Below are positions 1 through 10,058 of a DNA stretch of 64,000 bases, one piece after another. The first letter of the stretch is position 1, and every line of letters starts with the position of its first letter. Under the pieces are notes generated by a model that was given only the letters and a program-made list of their open reading frames with translations, searched no databases and had not been told where the DNA came from. The stretch comes from Candidatus Woesearchaeota archaeon (GTDB lineage: Archaea; Nanobdellota; Nanobdellia; Woesearchaeales; JAZDKJ01). The stretch is taken from assembly GCA_043803105.1 (NCBI GenBank), contig JAZDKJ010000006.1, positions 478,638 through 542,637 of the forward strand, read 5' to 3'. Position numbers and translations under genes: made by a program.

Positions 1-11
1 TAAACCTTCTA

Positions 12-1085
12 TTGTTAATGAGCCTATGTGTCATCCTAATGTCTTTCTCTGATTATTTCAACTTTGTGTTTCAAGCGTTTGATAACATGTCTTATGGTAT
101 AATAGCTCAAGCAGAAAGAGTTATATTACGCTTGGTGCTCACCTTTCTCTTTCTATCCATTGGATTGGGATTGTGGGGAATCTTAGTAGCCTATTTGATT
201 GCCTGCTTAGTGGAGTTAGCCACTCTCATAATACTGTATCATATCCGGGTAAAAAGGCTGACACTAAATTTTGATTTAAGATCAACGAAAAGAATTATCA
301 TTGCTTCTTTGCCACTGGGAGGTACACTGTTTTTCACCATGTTATATTTTAAGATTGATATGACTATGCTCTTTTATTTTAGGGGCGAGATCGAATCTGG
401 TATATATGGAGCTGCTTACAATCTTCTTGACATGCTACAATTTATCCCATTATCCTTAACTGCTGCATTGGCTCCATGCGCCACAAGATATTTCGTTTGT
501 AGTCGAAGGAAATTGGCCAGGTTATATCATGATGCGTCAAAATATATGATACTAATTTCAGTACCTACCGCCTTTGGTTTTCTAGCTTTGGGAGACAAAA
601 TAATAAGTTTATTGTACGGTAATGAATTCACTTCAGCTACACCAGTTGCGCGTTTGTTGATATTTGCAGCTATTCCTCTATTCCTCAATTACGTTTCAAC
701 ATCAATCCTTGTGGCCAGTCACCATGAGAAATTCAATTTATATTCTATGATTGTGGCCTTTGTTATTAATATCGTTGGTAATTTGATTCTAATCCCTTTA
801 TACGGTATTTATGGAGCAACATTTTCGACTTTGTTATGTGAGATACTACTGCTTATAGGCAACACTTGGTACATTACTAGTAAACTGTTTAAAATAAATC
901 TTGCAAGTTACTTCTGGATACCAATTCTCTTGAGCTTCGCTACAAGTATAGTCCTTCGGTTACTAAGCTGGCTTAACACCTTTCTTTTAATTCTGATCGG
1001 CGTCGTGACTTACTCATTACTTTTGTATATTTTTGGGGTCGTGAAAGAGAAAGACTTAACCATATTCAGGTCGATAATAAAATGA
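12..1085 (+). CDS. Wzx/MOP-family oligosaccharide flippase (probably 5'-truncated by the window edge)
   Basis: Multi-TM protein with KIDMTML..G...SGIYGAAY and NLILIPLYGIYGA motifs typical of polysaccharide flippases. Confidence 0.85.
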   Translation: MLMSLCVILMSFSDYFNFVFQAFDNMSYGIIAQAERVILRLVLTFLFLSIGLGLWGILVAYLIACLVELATLIILYHIRVKRLTLNFDLRSTKRIIIASLPLGGTLFFTMLYFKIDMTMLFYFRGEIESGIYGAAYNLLDMLQFIPLSLTAALAPCATRYFVCSRRKLARLYHDASKYMILISVPTAFGFLALGDKIISLLYGNEFTSATPVARLLIFAAIPLFLNYVSTSILVASHHEKFNLYSMIVAFVINIVGNLILIPLYGIYGATFSTLLCEILLLIGNTWYITSKLFKINLASYFWIPILLSFATSIVLRLLSWLNTFLLILIGVVTYSLLLYIFGVVKEKDLTIFRSIIK

Positions 1086-2098
1086 AGATGAAATACTCCA
1101 AAGGTTTCGGAAGCTTTGTAGTACGACTTGCTATCTTTGTAGTTATTGCAATATCAATTTGGATTACCATTAAAGTTTTTTTAACAAATTCACCATTATT
1201 TAACAGGTTGTTTTTTCTTCCTGATTCTTTTTATCCTTATTCCAAAGCAAGAGTGGGCAATATTTTATTATTGTTTGCGGTTTGCGTCATTTTGTACAAT
1301 AAGAATAATTTGCTGCAGATAAAGTATTTTCCTCCTCAATATAAAGAATCAATTACCTTTTCTCTTTTTAGCATATTATTGCTTGCGTTTCATTACTATA
1401 CTAGGTACATTATTAGGAATACTCTCGCTTATTTTTCAAATCATATTATCCTTGCCGTACTAATCAAGGAGTCAACACTGGTACTTTTTGTGTGTTCGTT
1501 ATTAATTGCATCTTTTGGCACAAAGGTAATAAAACACCTTATTACCAAGTACTACCTGCAACTACTTGTTTTTCTTCCTTTAAGCGTAGCTTACTATATA
1601 ATTACAAGTATATTTGAGAACATTTGGCCTTTCTTTTCACGTACCGTAACCATAATTCTGCAATTTGTTTACAGTGTCGCTGGTTACAATGCCACCTACC
1701 ATTTCACAACTACAGGGGTGGTTCTTAACATAAACAATTTTAGTGTGTCCATCGGGAAGCCTTGCTCAGGAATCGACTCGCTTCTTCTTTTCCTGGTACT
1801 ATGCACTTTAATCTTTATCTTGGATTTTCATGACATGCGAAAAATCTTGTTTGTCCTATCGGTAATCACCGGAATTTTTGGAGTCTTTGCCTTGAATATT
1901 TTACGCATTTTCTTATTATTGTTAGTAGGATTGCATATATCTCCAAAGCTGTCAACCGGCCTCTTCCACACAAACATCGGATGGATACTCTTCATAATGT
2001 ACTTCTTCATCTTCTGGTGGATTGCTTCTAGGTTTGTTTACAAGAAATCTAATACCCATTCGGATGTTTCATCTTCCACTCCCAAGCAGAAGAAATGA
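1082..2098 (+). CDS. Archaeosortase/exosortase family protein
   Basis: Multi-TM with the Cys-Arg-His triad motifs PCSG, NILRI and FH..IGW. Confidence 0.85.
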   Translation: MKMKYSKGFGSFVVRLAIFVVIAISIWITIKVFLTNSPLFNRLFFLPDSFYPYSKARVGNILLLFAVCVILYNKNNLLQIKYFPPQYKESITFSLFSILLLAFHYYTRYIIRNTLAYFSNHIILAVLIKESTLVLFVCSLLIASFGTKVIKHLITKYYLQLLVFLPLSVAYYIITSIFENIWPFFSRTVTIILQFVYSVAGYNATYHFTTTGVVLNINNFSVSIGKPCSGIDSLLLFLVLCTLIFILDFHDMRKILFVLSVITGIFGVFALNILRIFLLLLVGLHISPKLSTGLFHTNIGWILFIMYFFIFWWIASRFVYKKSNTHSDVSSSTPKQKK

Positions 2099-2169
2099 TA
2101 TCCTTCAATCGTATCTGGGTTTCCAGCTTTCTTGGAGGTTTGCAAAAATTTATTTAGCAAATCGAGATT

Positions 2170-2538
2170 TTAGCCTACAATGCATACGCTTTCAGAGTCC
2201 GGTAATGATTCAGTTATGACCTGCTTGATTATTGGATTTTTCTCGATTATTTTGTTTCTTGATTTTATCTTGAATAGAAGTCTTATTTCAATTTTTCCTT
2301 CGCTTAGCATTGCTTTGTATTCCCATCTGGGTATTTTCATCAGGATCTCTTTTTTTAAATTTAAGAATTTTGAGGCTTCAAATATCTGTATTCCCACCAC
2401 AAATCCTTCTTGGTCAATGTCTACTGTGATGTTGTCCATTTCAACAGATTTCTTGTATTCACGATTTTTTGATTTTAAAAAAAGGATATCATGTTTATAA
2501 TCATAGTCTGATTCTCCCGTTGTTTTTAGATTTTTCAT
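2170..2538 (-). CDS. DUF2283-domain protein (putative antitoxin)
   Basis: YDYKHDILFL...ITVDIDQEGFVVGIQIFEASK pattern; overlaps the upstream ORF by ATGA. Confidence 0.7.
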   Translation of the reverse strand: MKNLKTTGESDYDYKHDILFLKSKNREYKKSVEMDNITVDIDQEGFVVGIQIFEASKFLNLKKEILMKIPRWEYKAMLSEGKIEIRLLFKIKSRNKIIEKNPIIKQVITESLPDSESVCIVG

Positions 2539-2873
2539 TTTATCACCGGAACATCTTTCTTGTTTGTAACATAAAATGTGACAATTTCAATTGAATTTAC
2601 CGAAATGTCCAATAACATCTTTATTATTTGACCTGTTGTAAAGTCATAATACGCCACATAAAGTCCATTATTCTGTTTTCCAACGAGTATTGGCTGTTTT
2701 TCAACAATATATCCTATTAGGTCCTCTTGTTTAATAACCTTTCTTTGTTTTTCACTCAATCTGAAAAATGCATGGCTTGAGCATTTAATTCCTTTGAGTG
2801 TATATTGGTTTACGATGGTAAGAAAGTCTTCAGTGACAATTCTTTCCTTGATCTTATGTCCTTCTGTTACCAT
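2535..2873 (-). CDS. DUF4258-like putative toxin
   Basis: SSHAFFRL N-terminal and EIVTFY C-terminal motifs; coupled to the DUF2283 gene. Confidence 0.5.
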   Translation of the reverse strand: MVTEGHKIKERIVTEDFLTIVNQYTLKGIKCSSHAFFRLSEKQRKVIKQEDLIGYIVEKQPILVGKQNNGLYVAYYDFTTGQIIKMLLDISVNSIEIVTFYVTNKKDVPVIK

Positions 2874-3050
2874 ATATTCTCGTTTGTAACATTGAAATTA
2901 GTTGTTAATAAGTATAGCCCATCATTTTCCGAAAATTTTCCAATTTGCGCAGATAAGTATAGTTTTACTTATCCTATATATAAAAAATATAATATAATAA
3001 GTATATAAATAACAACATTTAAATACTAGTATACATAAAAGTATATTGAT

Positions 3051-3548
3051 TTGGTTAAAGATGTAAATAAAGAGGTGACAGTTGGTAATCTTCTCAGTAA
3101 ATACTCTGATGTAGAGATTTGTGACCTTATTGATGTCTTACAAGAGTACAGAAAGCAAAAAACAGAGCTTGGAATTCCAATTTCTATTTTTAGCAATCCT
3201 GAACTCGGGATTCTTGAAAGTGCAGTAAAATTTCTTAAGGAAAATCATTCCATGTCTTACGCGGCCATAGCAAAGGCTCTCAATCGTGACCAAAGAACTA
3301 TCTGGTGCTCATACCATTCCGCTAACAATAAGGAACCTTCAAGATTGCCGGTTCACAAAACCACTTACCTGATACCTATATTGGTCATCTCGGAACGAAA
3401 ATTCGGACCACTTGAAGCACTGGTTGTATTCTTAAGGGATAATCAGAAGTTAAGATTCACCGAAATTTCTCATATTTTACGACGTGACTATGCAACAATT
3501 TGGCGAACCTACCGTAATACAAGGAATACAAGAGGTCAAGATGTGTAA
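3051..3548 (+). CDS. Tandem-HTH DNA-binding protein
   Basis: Two similar HTH units (YAAIAKALNRDQRTIW / FTEISHILRRDYATIW). Confidence 0.65.
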   Translation: MVKDVNKEVTVGNLLSKYSDVEICDLIDVLQEYRKQKTELGIPISIFSNPELGILESAVKFLKENHSMSYAAIAKALNRDQRTIWCSYHSANNKEPSRLPVHKTTYLIPILVISERKFGPLEALVVFLRDNQKLRFTEISHILRRDYATIWRTYRNTRNTRGQDV

Positions 3549-6500
3549 CCCAACCAACAAATCAAAAAAGCACACCACAAGTTATCTCAAGGTTTGCGTC
3601 AAGCTTAATGTGGGCATCTTGTTCATAGCGCTGCTTGTGCCAATAACGTTAGCAGTCCCAAACTATGTACTGACAACTTCCAATGCAAACTATGTTGTAA
3701 ATTCCACCACAGGACTTCTTGTTGAAGTGGTAAATTCCGCAACAGGACAAACTTACATTAATGGCACCAACGGTGTAACTTTTAGCGATTCTGCGAGTAA
3801 TACTATCTTTGGCGCAGATTTCAAAAATCCACTAGTTTTAACGGCTAATTTCAAGTTAATCGATTCAACAAGAATCGTTGCCGAACAGTCTCTCCCAGAT
3901 TACAATATATCGTACAGCTATCAAACAATTGACAATGAATTCTTGGAAATGGGAGTTAAGATTATCCGAAAAAATGCAAGCACTACTTCTAATTCGGAAA
4001 TTCGCTTCGTATGGAAGTTAAATCCAGTATTTAGAAGGAATACTTATTTTACCCCCATAGATGGTGCCGATTTAAGCTTGAAGATGCGGACAAATACTTC
4101 AAGTGTTGTAATCCCTCGGAATTATTACAGAATCGGCGCTAATACTATCTATATTTTCAACAATACAGAAGGATTATTGTTTGCTGTTCTCGCTCCAGAG
4201 ACTATAAACTCGGAAACATCACCTTCTCACTTGGCAGATGAGTTTAGGTTTAATCCCACAGCAAATGAAGATTTTGAATGGAGAGTAAAAAGGATATTTT
4301 TTAACTCTACTTCAAGCAAAGTTGCTGTCTTTCAGGTAAATATTAGCATAATCGTCGGTAACAAACCTCAAGAAATGAAAGAAAAAATTTTCAAAACAAT
4401 CTTTAATAAGACTAAATCACTTTTGGGTGATTGGTACCTTCTCGACTTGTCAACTTATCCAGATTGGAGTAAAAATCAGACCAACACTTTAGCTGAACAA
4501 GGCATAAAATTAGTCGAGATTCAGAACTGGCAGTCAAACCCATTTATTATTGATAAGGGAAATTGGAAAATCCCTGGAACCAACTATTCAACTAATGCTA
4601 GCCAACTAAATTCACTCTTAGATTATATGGTTTCAAAGGGCCTACACCCATTTCTCTATATGATACCTATAAGTCTGAATCAAACCCTGGCGGAACATTA
4701 TTTTCCATCCGACATTATAATCAATCAAAGTGGAGGGTTTGCACCATTTATTGATCATGGTTATTACACAATGAGCCTCAACATGAATAGACTTTATGCA
4801 AAGAATAGAAGTCTCATGATTGATGTAATAACTGATACTTACCATAATATTTCGGGAATCTTTATTGATAGAACGGAAATCAAAATTAACGACTACGCAA
4901 ACGAACATGAATCCTCATCGGGAATACGTTTTTGGGATGGCAGTGTGAATAAGAGTTTCATAGGAACTTATGATGACTACAGAAAATTTCTGGAAAACAT
5001 ATCCGTAAGGTTAAAAACCAAAAACAAACTGCTTTGGTTAAACTCAGTAGGGAGTTCTACTGTTGCTAAGCTAGCTGATATTGTCACTATGGATGGGAAC
5101 AGTGAAACTTTCTGGGAGGATTATGCCCTATTTGGCTTGGACAAGCACACTGCTCATCTGCCTAATGATGGTGAAACACAAGCAACAAGGCTCAACGCAA
5201 CAATATTGTGGGGTGCTAATATGGGCTGGGATTCATTAGACCAATTCACACTTTTTCCACTAAATAAAGACAAGAAACAATTGATTAGTATTGTTGCAAG
5301 CTCGAGATTTGTTAAGCATGAAGTCTCTCTTGACAATAAATTGTATTATGTGGAATACGATAAAGTAATTACAACGGTTGGAAGCTGCAATTATACTGCT
5401 GTTCGAAAAGAAGATTTTTACTTCTTGAATAATCATACTATAATTATGCGTAACATCACCAACCTTAACTGGAAATTCAGCAAAGGACCGTCAGGTAGCA
5501 TAACAAATGTTATTTGGTTCGGCAACTTTGGTATCTACAACCTTTCAGAGTCAAACGGTCTAGCCGTAGCGCAAAACGCTTCTGGCAATGTTATTGATGC
5601 TCTGGTGCCTATATGGATATCCTCCAGTTCAAATAATGAGTCCAAAAATATCGACTCAAACCTAACAAAGACCGTAAATATTACAACAACCTTCAATGTT
5701 GAAAATTGCTCGATAGCTAAAATAAATTATACTTCTCATACCGGTTCATATTTCAAAAACTGGAACAGTGCTAATTTGACTTGTTCTAATAACAAAATTA
5801 CGTTGAATCTCACTGGGGTCGAACCCGCCCAAGGAAGTAATACTTTACGAATTACATACTCTGGTCCACCTGTCTGCGGAGATTCTTCCTGCAACGGTAA
5901 TGAGACCTGTGGCTCTTGCAGTCAGGATTGTGGTGTGTGCCTGTTCTGCGGCGATAGCTCCTGTAACAATGGAGAATCCTGCTCTTCCTGCCCGGCAGAT
6001 TGTGGAGTTTGCCACAGTAGTGGCGGAGGCGGAGGCAGCTCCATAGCAATCAAACCCAAGCGAGACAGCAATATCAGCAAACAAAACGTCACTTTGTCGG
6101 CTCGCAATACAACCATAATTCAAAATAAAACAAAAGAAATCAAATCGTTAGACATCGTAACACCAGTCACTCAAGATAATCCAACAACAAAACCAAACAT
6201 TACTGAACAGCCAGCAAGAATAAACAAGGATAACAGAACCATCCCAATAATAGCAGTCTCAGCAGTAATTAGCGCAATCCTGACCTTGAGCATAGTAGGA
6301 TTGCATAAGAAACAACACAAAGTAGCCAAACCCGTCACTAACTCATATCCAGCAGCAAAGCCTTATCCAGTCCTTACCTATGTCAAGATAAGCCAGCAAG
6401 CAAAGCCCGTCATGCCTCAAGTAGCTAAGCCAGTCTCAATCATACTGCCAAAAGAGCATCCTTATCTTGAGGCAGTCAACCAAAGGTTAAGTGAAAGCTT

Positions 6501-6663
6501 CGGAGATATTGAACCAGTAGATAATAACCTTAAGGAACAGTTAAAGCAGTGGATTATCCAGGCAAAGAGTAAAGACGTAAGTGAAGAGTACATCAAGCTC
6601 CAACTGGAGAATGCAGGCTGGGATTGGCACTATGTGCAGGTTATAATGAATGAGCAGAACTAA
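3541..6663 (+). CDS. Large membrane-anchored surface glycoprotein with a possible glycoside-hydrolase-like TIM-barrel domain
   Basis: Signal-like hydrophobic segment, many NxS/T sequons, SGIFID motif, two CGDSSCN..E.C.SC..DC repeats, poly-Gly linker, TM helix, cytoplasmic tail ending LENAGW. Confidence 0.65.
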   Translation: MCNPTNKSKKHTTSYLKVCVKLNVGILFIALLVPITLAVPNYVLTTSNANYVVNSTTGLLVEVVNSATGQTYINGTNGVTFSDSASNTIFGADFKNPLVLTANFKLIDSTRIVAEQSLPDYNISYSYQTIDNEFLEMGVKIIRKNASTTSNSEIRFVWKLNPVFRRNTYFTPIDGADLSLKMRTNTSSVVIPRNYYRIGANTIYIFNNTEGLLFAVLAPETINSETSPSHLADEFRFNPTANEDFEWRVKRIFFNSTSSKVAVFQVNISIIVGNKPQEMKEKIFKTIFNKTKSLLGDWYLLDLSTYPDWSKNQTNTLAEQGIKLVEIQNWQSNPFIIDKGNWKIPGTNYSTNASQLNSLLDYMVSKGLHPFLYMIPISLNQTLAEHYFPSDIIINQSGGFAPFIDHGYYTMSLNMNRLYAKNRSLMIDVITDTYHNISGIFIDRTEIKINDYANEHESSSGIRFWDGSVNKSFIGTYDDYRKFLENISVRLKTKNKLLWLNSVGSSTVAKLADIVTMDGNSETFWEDYALFGLDKHTAHLPNDGETQATRLNATILWGANMGWDSLDQFTLFPLNKDKKQLISIVASSRFVKHEVSLDNKLYYVEYDKVITTVGSCNYTAVRKEDFYFLNNHTIIMRNITNLNWKFSKGPSGSITNVIWFGNFGIYNLSESNGLAVAQNASGNVIDALVPIWISSSSNNESKNIDSNLTKTVNITTTFNVENCSIAKINYTSHTGSYFKNWNSANLTCSNNKITLNLTGVEPAQGSNTLRITYSGPPVCGDSSCNGNETCGSCSQDCGVCLFCGDSSCNNGESCSSCPADCGVCHSSGGGGGSSIAIKPKRDSNISKQNVTLSARNTTIIQNKTKEIKSLDIVTPVTQDNPTTKPNITEQPARINKDNRTIPIIAVSAVISAILTLSIVGLHKKQHKVAKPVTNSYPAAKPYPVLTYVKISQQAKPVMPQVAKPVSIILPKEHPYLEAVNQRLSESFGDIEPVDNNLKEQLKQWIIQAKSKDVSEEYIKLQLENAGWDWHYVQVIMNEQN

Positions 6664-6736
6664 AACACAGCAACCCGGATATTTCACGGATTTTCTAACG
6701 TAAAGTTAATAAAGTTAAACTCATTATTGTCTCTTT

Positions 6737-6904
6737 ATGGCAACATCGATAGATTCAATCCATAGGGACATCCTGGAACTTAAGAAAGATGTTGAGGTAA
6801 TCAAGGATATCCTTAAGGAGGATTTTGAGTTGAGTGATACTGCCAAGAAGAGATTGGCCCAGGCTAGGAACACTCCTGAATCTGAATATATTGCACTGGA
6901 ATGA
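6737..6904 (+). CDS. Small antitoxin (55 aa), not in the ORF track
   Basis: Reads MATSIDSIHRDILELKKDVEVIKDILKEDFELSD...EYIALE; ATGA overlap with the relE start. Confidence 0.7.
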   Translation: MATSIDSIHRDILELKKDVEVIKDILKEDFELSDTAKKRLAQARNTPESEYIALE

Positions 6905-7167
6905 GTTTTGAAGTAAGATTGCATCCTGATGTGAATCGTTTTCTTGAAAAATGCAATCTTTCCCTTAAAGAAAGAATAGTCAGTAAATTACGTTTATTAA
7001 AGGAAAACCCTGAGCATTATCTAGACCATTTGCAAGGTACAGACTATGCCAAATTGCGGATTGGAGATTACAGATGCTTAATCGATCTGGATTTGAAACG
7101 CAAGATTGTGTTTGTAAGAGTCATTGATCATAGGAGAAGGATTTACCAAAAAATACCTGAATCATGA
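6901..7167 (+). CDS. relE: RelE/ParE family toxin
   Basis: KLRIGDYRCLID...IDHRRRIY signature. Confidence 0.85.
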   Translation: MSFEVRLHPDVNRFLEKCNLSLKERIVSKLRLLKENPEHYLDHLQGTDYAKLRIGDYRCLIDLDLKRKIVFVRVIDHRRRIYQKIPES

Positions 7168-7289
7168 TTTGTGGTTTTCCCATTGGTCTCTTGCAATTTT
7201 GTTTACAAGAAAAGATCATTAAGGGAAAGAATTGGTTTACAGGCTTGCAGCTATTCCAAATAATGATTCAAAAAAGACGAATTACTGCG

Positions 7290-7601
7290 TCAGCTTGAAT
7301 AATAGCTGCTTTTCTTATAGCCAAGTTTTAGCCTTATTTCATCATAGGCTTTATGGTTTTGCAGGTGTAATTCCATGAATTCTGCATTTTGCTTTTTTGT
7401 GAGAACTGCCCTCACATTGTCCCCAATCTTTCTGAAGAATACGAAAATGTCTTTGTACTTTTTATTTGTAGGTACAGACCCCTTGCTTTTTTTGTCCTTG
7501 CAGTCTTGGCACCATTGAATTAGTTCTGTCTGCATATTCTCTTTTAAGTCTTGGAAATGTTTGTCAAATTCTGGATTTATCTGTAATTGCGGTCCAAGCA
7601 T
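7290..7601 (-). CDS. Hypothetical protein, possibly a RelE/HigB-fold toxin
   Basis: Directly downstream of the nucleotidyltransferase; C-terminal NHKAYD resembles the HigB THAEYD ending; ATG at 7601 chosen as start. Confidence 0.45.
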   Translation of the reverse strand: MLGPQLQINPEFDKHFQDLKENMQTELIQWCQDCKDKKSKGSVPTNKKYKDIFVFFRKIGDNVRAVLTKKQNAEFMELHLQNHKAYDEIRLKLGYKKSSYYSS

Positions 7602-7602
7602 T

Positions 7603-8454
7603 TCATGCAGTTTCTGCTTTGCTTCGTCTGGTTTCATTGATGATATCCTCATATAGGATTTTATATCTTGTGAGGTTGTCTGTGCTGTCTTCTGACCTGA
7701 TTGCTTTCTCCAGCACTTTTATGTAGTTGTGCAGGCTGACATAGATATAGCTTTTTTTGAATGAATGCAGGATTAGTTCCTTTGTGAACCTTTCTAACTC
7801 TTCTGTTTTTAGTGCTGCTGCTGTCTCTTTCAGGCTTTTTCCATCTAAAAGTATGTTTTTTGTTTGCCAATTATATTGGAACACGAGCGTTCTTGTCTGC
7901 TCTCTTTCCTTTTTTTCCATTATTTCTATGGTCGCTTCATGGTATATAGACATTATTTCGCTTATTTTCAGAGGTTTTTTTTGTGGTTTAGTATTTATTG
8001 GAAAATTGCTGACTGCTATTCTTGCTGCGGCAGCAATTACTGGTGTGTTGAGCTTTTTTTCTGTCAATTCTATCATGTGAAGTTTGTCTTCATGCGTTTC
8101 CTTGTAACCCCTTTCCTTTATTATGAACAGGTCAATGTCCTTGTATTCCCTCTTGAATAGGAATGATCCTGCTATGAATGCCTTTGGGTAAGGTTTTAGA
8201 ATCTCTTTTGCTGTTTTTAGCTTTTCTTCCAGAATATTCTCTTGTCCGTAGATGTAGTATTCTCCTTCTTTTGATGTTGTCTCTAATGCCTCTATTTTTT
8301 TCTTGATTGAAGTATACAACTGGTATCTCTCGTTCTTGTCAAGCTGTTCTTTTGCTGCATATTTTCTTATTATGTCCATCTGCTTGCTTGTGAAGATATA
8401 TTTTGTGAATCTATCCTTGTTTTCTAAGATAATTTTTAATATTTTATCATTCAT
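7603..8454 (-). CDS. Minimal nucleotidyltransferase-domain protein with N- and C-terminal extensions
   Basis: IAGSF...KDIDLFII (GS + DxD) motif. Confidence 0.7.
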   Translation of the reverse strand: MNDKILKIILENKDRFTKYIFTSKQMDIIRKYAAKEQLDKNERYQLYTSIKKKIEALETTSKEGEYYIYGQENILEEKLKTAKEILKPYPKAFIAGSFLFKREYKDIDLFIIKERGYKETHEDKLHMIELTEKKLNTPVIAAAARIAVSNFPINTKPQKKPLKISEIMSIYHEATIEIMEKKEREQTRTLVFQYNWQTKNILLDGKSLKETAAALKTEELERFTKELILHSFKKSYIYVSLHNYIKVLEKAIRSEDSTDNLTRYKILYEDIINETRRSKAETA

Positions 8455-8493
8455 ATTAGCTTAAAACATAAGTTTATTTATAAACTTTACTAA

Positions 8494-8559
8494 TTAATCA
8501 TGTTTCTTATTATTTGGATTTTCTAAATCTCTTGATATTCCATCCACCACAAGCTGCAT
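8494..8559 (-). pseudogene. Truncated PIN (VapC-like) toxin remnant
   Basis: Starts MQLVVD directly after the RHH antitoxin, then stops after 21 codons. Confidence 0.45.
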
Positions 8560-8563
8560 TTTG

Positions 8564-8785
8564 TCAGCGTTTGCCGGCAAACTTTTGCCAAGCTTCCTTT
8601 CTGTCGCGCCTTGCCAGCTCAACAGACCATTTTGTTAGCTCCTTCTCTTCCCGCGACTTTAGCCTGTCTAGAATTTGCGTTTTCTTAAGGAGCTCTTCTC
8701 TCGCCAATTCTGACCAGTTGACCCAGGGAAATTTCTCGAGTCGAGACTTTAATTCAGTATCCAAGGCAAAGGTAATGCTTGCCAT
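8564..8785 (-). CDS. RHH/CopG-type antitoxin
   Basis: MASITFAL...VNWSELAR ribbon-helix-helix pattern. Confidence 0.7.
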   Translation of the reverse strand: MASITFALDTELKSRLEKFPWVNWSELAREELLKKTQILDRLKSREEKELTKWSVELARRDRKEAWQKFAGKR

Positions 8786-8934
8786 CAAAATTCACCTCTT
8801 TCTTTTAGTTCTTCAAGCTTCTCAAGCCGTTTGATGATTGCAGCCCTGACTACTTCAGCCCAGTTGATTTCAGGATGCTTTAGGCGGAGCCGCTTGATTA
8901 GGTCTTCAGGCACAGATACAGTCATTTTTCCCAT
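8785..8934 (-). CDS. RHH/CopG-type regulator (49 aa), not in the ORF track
   Basis: MGKMTVSVPEDL...EINWAEVVRAAI; GAGGTG Shine-Dalgarno; TGATG overlap with the next gene. Confidence 0.7.
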   Translation of the reverse strand: MGKMTVSVPEDLIKRLRLKHPEINWAEVVRAAIIKRLEKLEELKERGEF

Positions 8935-9173
8935 TATCGCCACCTCAACGTATTTACTTTAACATAAGTAATTACTTATATAAAGTTTCCGTTTAAGGCG
9001 GTTCAATTTCGTTAGAATTCACGCATTAAAATAGGTGTGCTAGTTTACTTCGGAAGTCCTCCGATTTCAGCGAAACTTTGTTCTTGGAGTTTCCACTAAT
9101 CTGAATACTTCGTTCTGGAATAAGTTTTGAAGACTGTATCCTGGTGTGAATCACTTACTTCAATAATGCAATG

Positions 9174-9563
9174 TTAACTTATCACTTTCAGAAATCCCGC
9201 ACTATTAACTATGGATATACCTTTGAATTCTTTTCGCTTCAGAAGGTGTTTATCACCACTTACTACATAATCTGCTTTGGCCGCAGCAGCACACTCCAAA
9301 ACTCTATTGTCAGCGGCATCCTCTGTGATTACATCAAACTTCTCGTGCACTTCAATAGTTTCTGCGACTTCTTTTATTGTTTCGATCGCTTTATTAGCCA
9401 TTAAGAAATGGAAGTCTCTGGACAGCACCAGCTTTATCTCATCTAATATCTCCTGTGATATCTTAATCTTGAATTTAGAACTATTTTGGACCAACCTAAA
9501 TTCATTGCCTCTACATAAAAGGGCTGAAATATAGATATTAGTGTCAAGTACTACTGTCAACAC
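9174..9563 (-). CDS. PIN-domain toxin (VapC-like)
   Basis: VVLDTNIYISAL...DNRVLECA...VSGDKHLL. Confidence 0.9.
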   Translation of the reverse strand: MLTVVLDTNIYISALLCRGNEFRLVQNSSKFKIKISQEILDEIKLVLSRDFHFLMANKAIETIKEVAETIEVHEKFDVITEDAADNRVLECAAAAKADYVVSGDKHLLKRKEFKGISIVNSAGFLKVIS

Positions 9564-9837
9564 TTTTTATTCCTCTTCTTTCATGTATTATTCGGTCAAC
9601 ATCCTTTTCTGATTTGATTCCCATCTTTCTGGCAATCTTTCTTCCGTACATTGCAATCTTCTCAAATTCCTCAAGCGGAGGCGTTTTGATCTTCTTCAAA
9701 ATCACCATGTCATCTTTGCCGTATGCTGCAAACCTTGTGCCAGTAACTATTCCCAGCTCTTCTCGTATCTTTTGTGGTATAACAACCTGCCCCTTTACCG
9801 ATGTGCTTGTAATTTCAACTTCTGTCATAAACATCAC
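9544..9837 (-). CDS. AbrB/MazE/SpoVT antitoxin
   Basis: SVKGQVVIPQKIREELGI..G. Confidence 0.85.
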   Translation of the reverse strand: MMFMTEVEITSTSVKGQVVIPQKIREELGIVTGTRFAAYGKDDMVILKKIKTPPLEEFEKIAMYGRKIARKMGIKSEKDVDRIIHERRGIKSVDSST

Positions 9838-10024
9838 CAGTAGGATTGTAATACTTTCCTACTTATAAATCTATGGTTGTCATCTTTCACTTCAGTTAAA
9901 ATTAGCTGCTTAAAATAAGAATGGCTGCTAATTTCGGAATTCTTACACCCTAATTGAAATTTTCCAGGCGGTCGGCTACAAGTCCCTTTACCAGAAAAAC
10001 ACCAAAAAGCTTAAATAAACATAT

Positions 10025-10058
10025 AATTGTATAATAAAATATGCAATTGTATAATAAA
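10025..10058 (+). promoter_or_regulatory. 14-bp direct repeat AATTGTATAATAAA straddling the start codon (likely auto-operator)
   Basis: Copies at 10025-10038 and 10045-10058, downstream of a TTAAATA box. Confidence 0.45.

Noticed and set aside
5870-6040. Repeated TGCGG(A/C)GAT and GGC runs
   Set aside because: Explained by Cys-rich protein repeats and a poly-Gly linker
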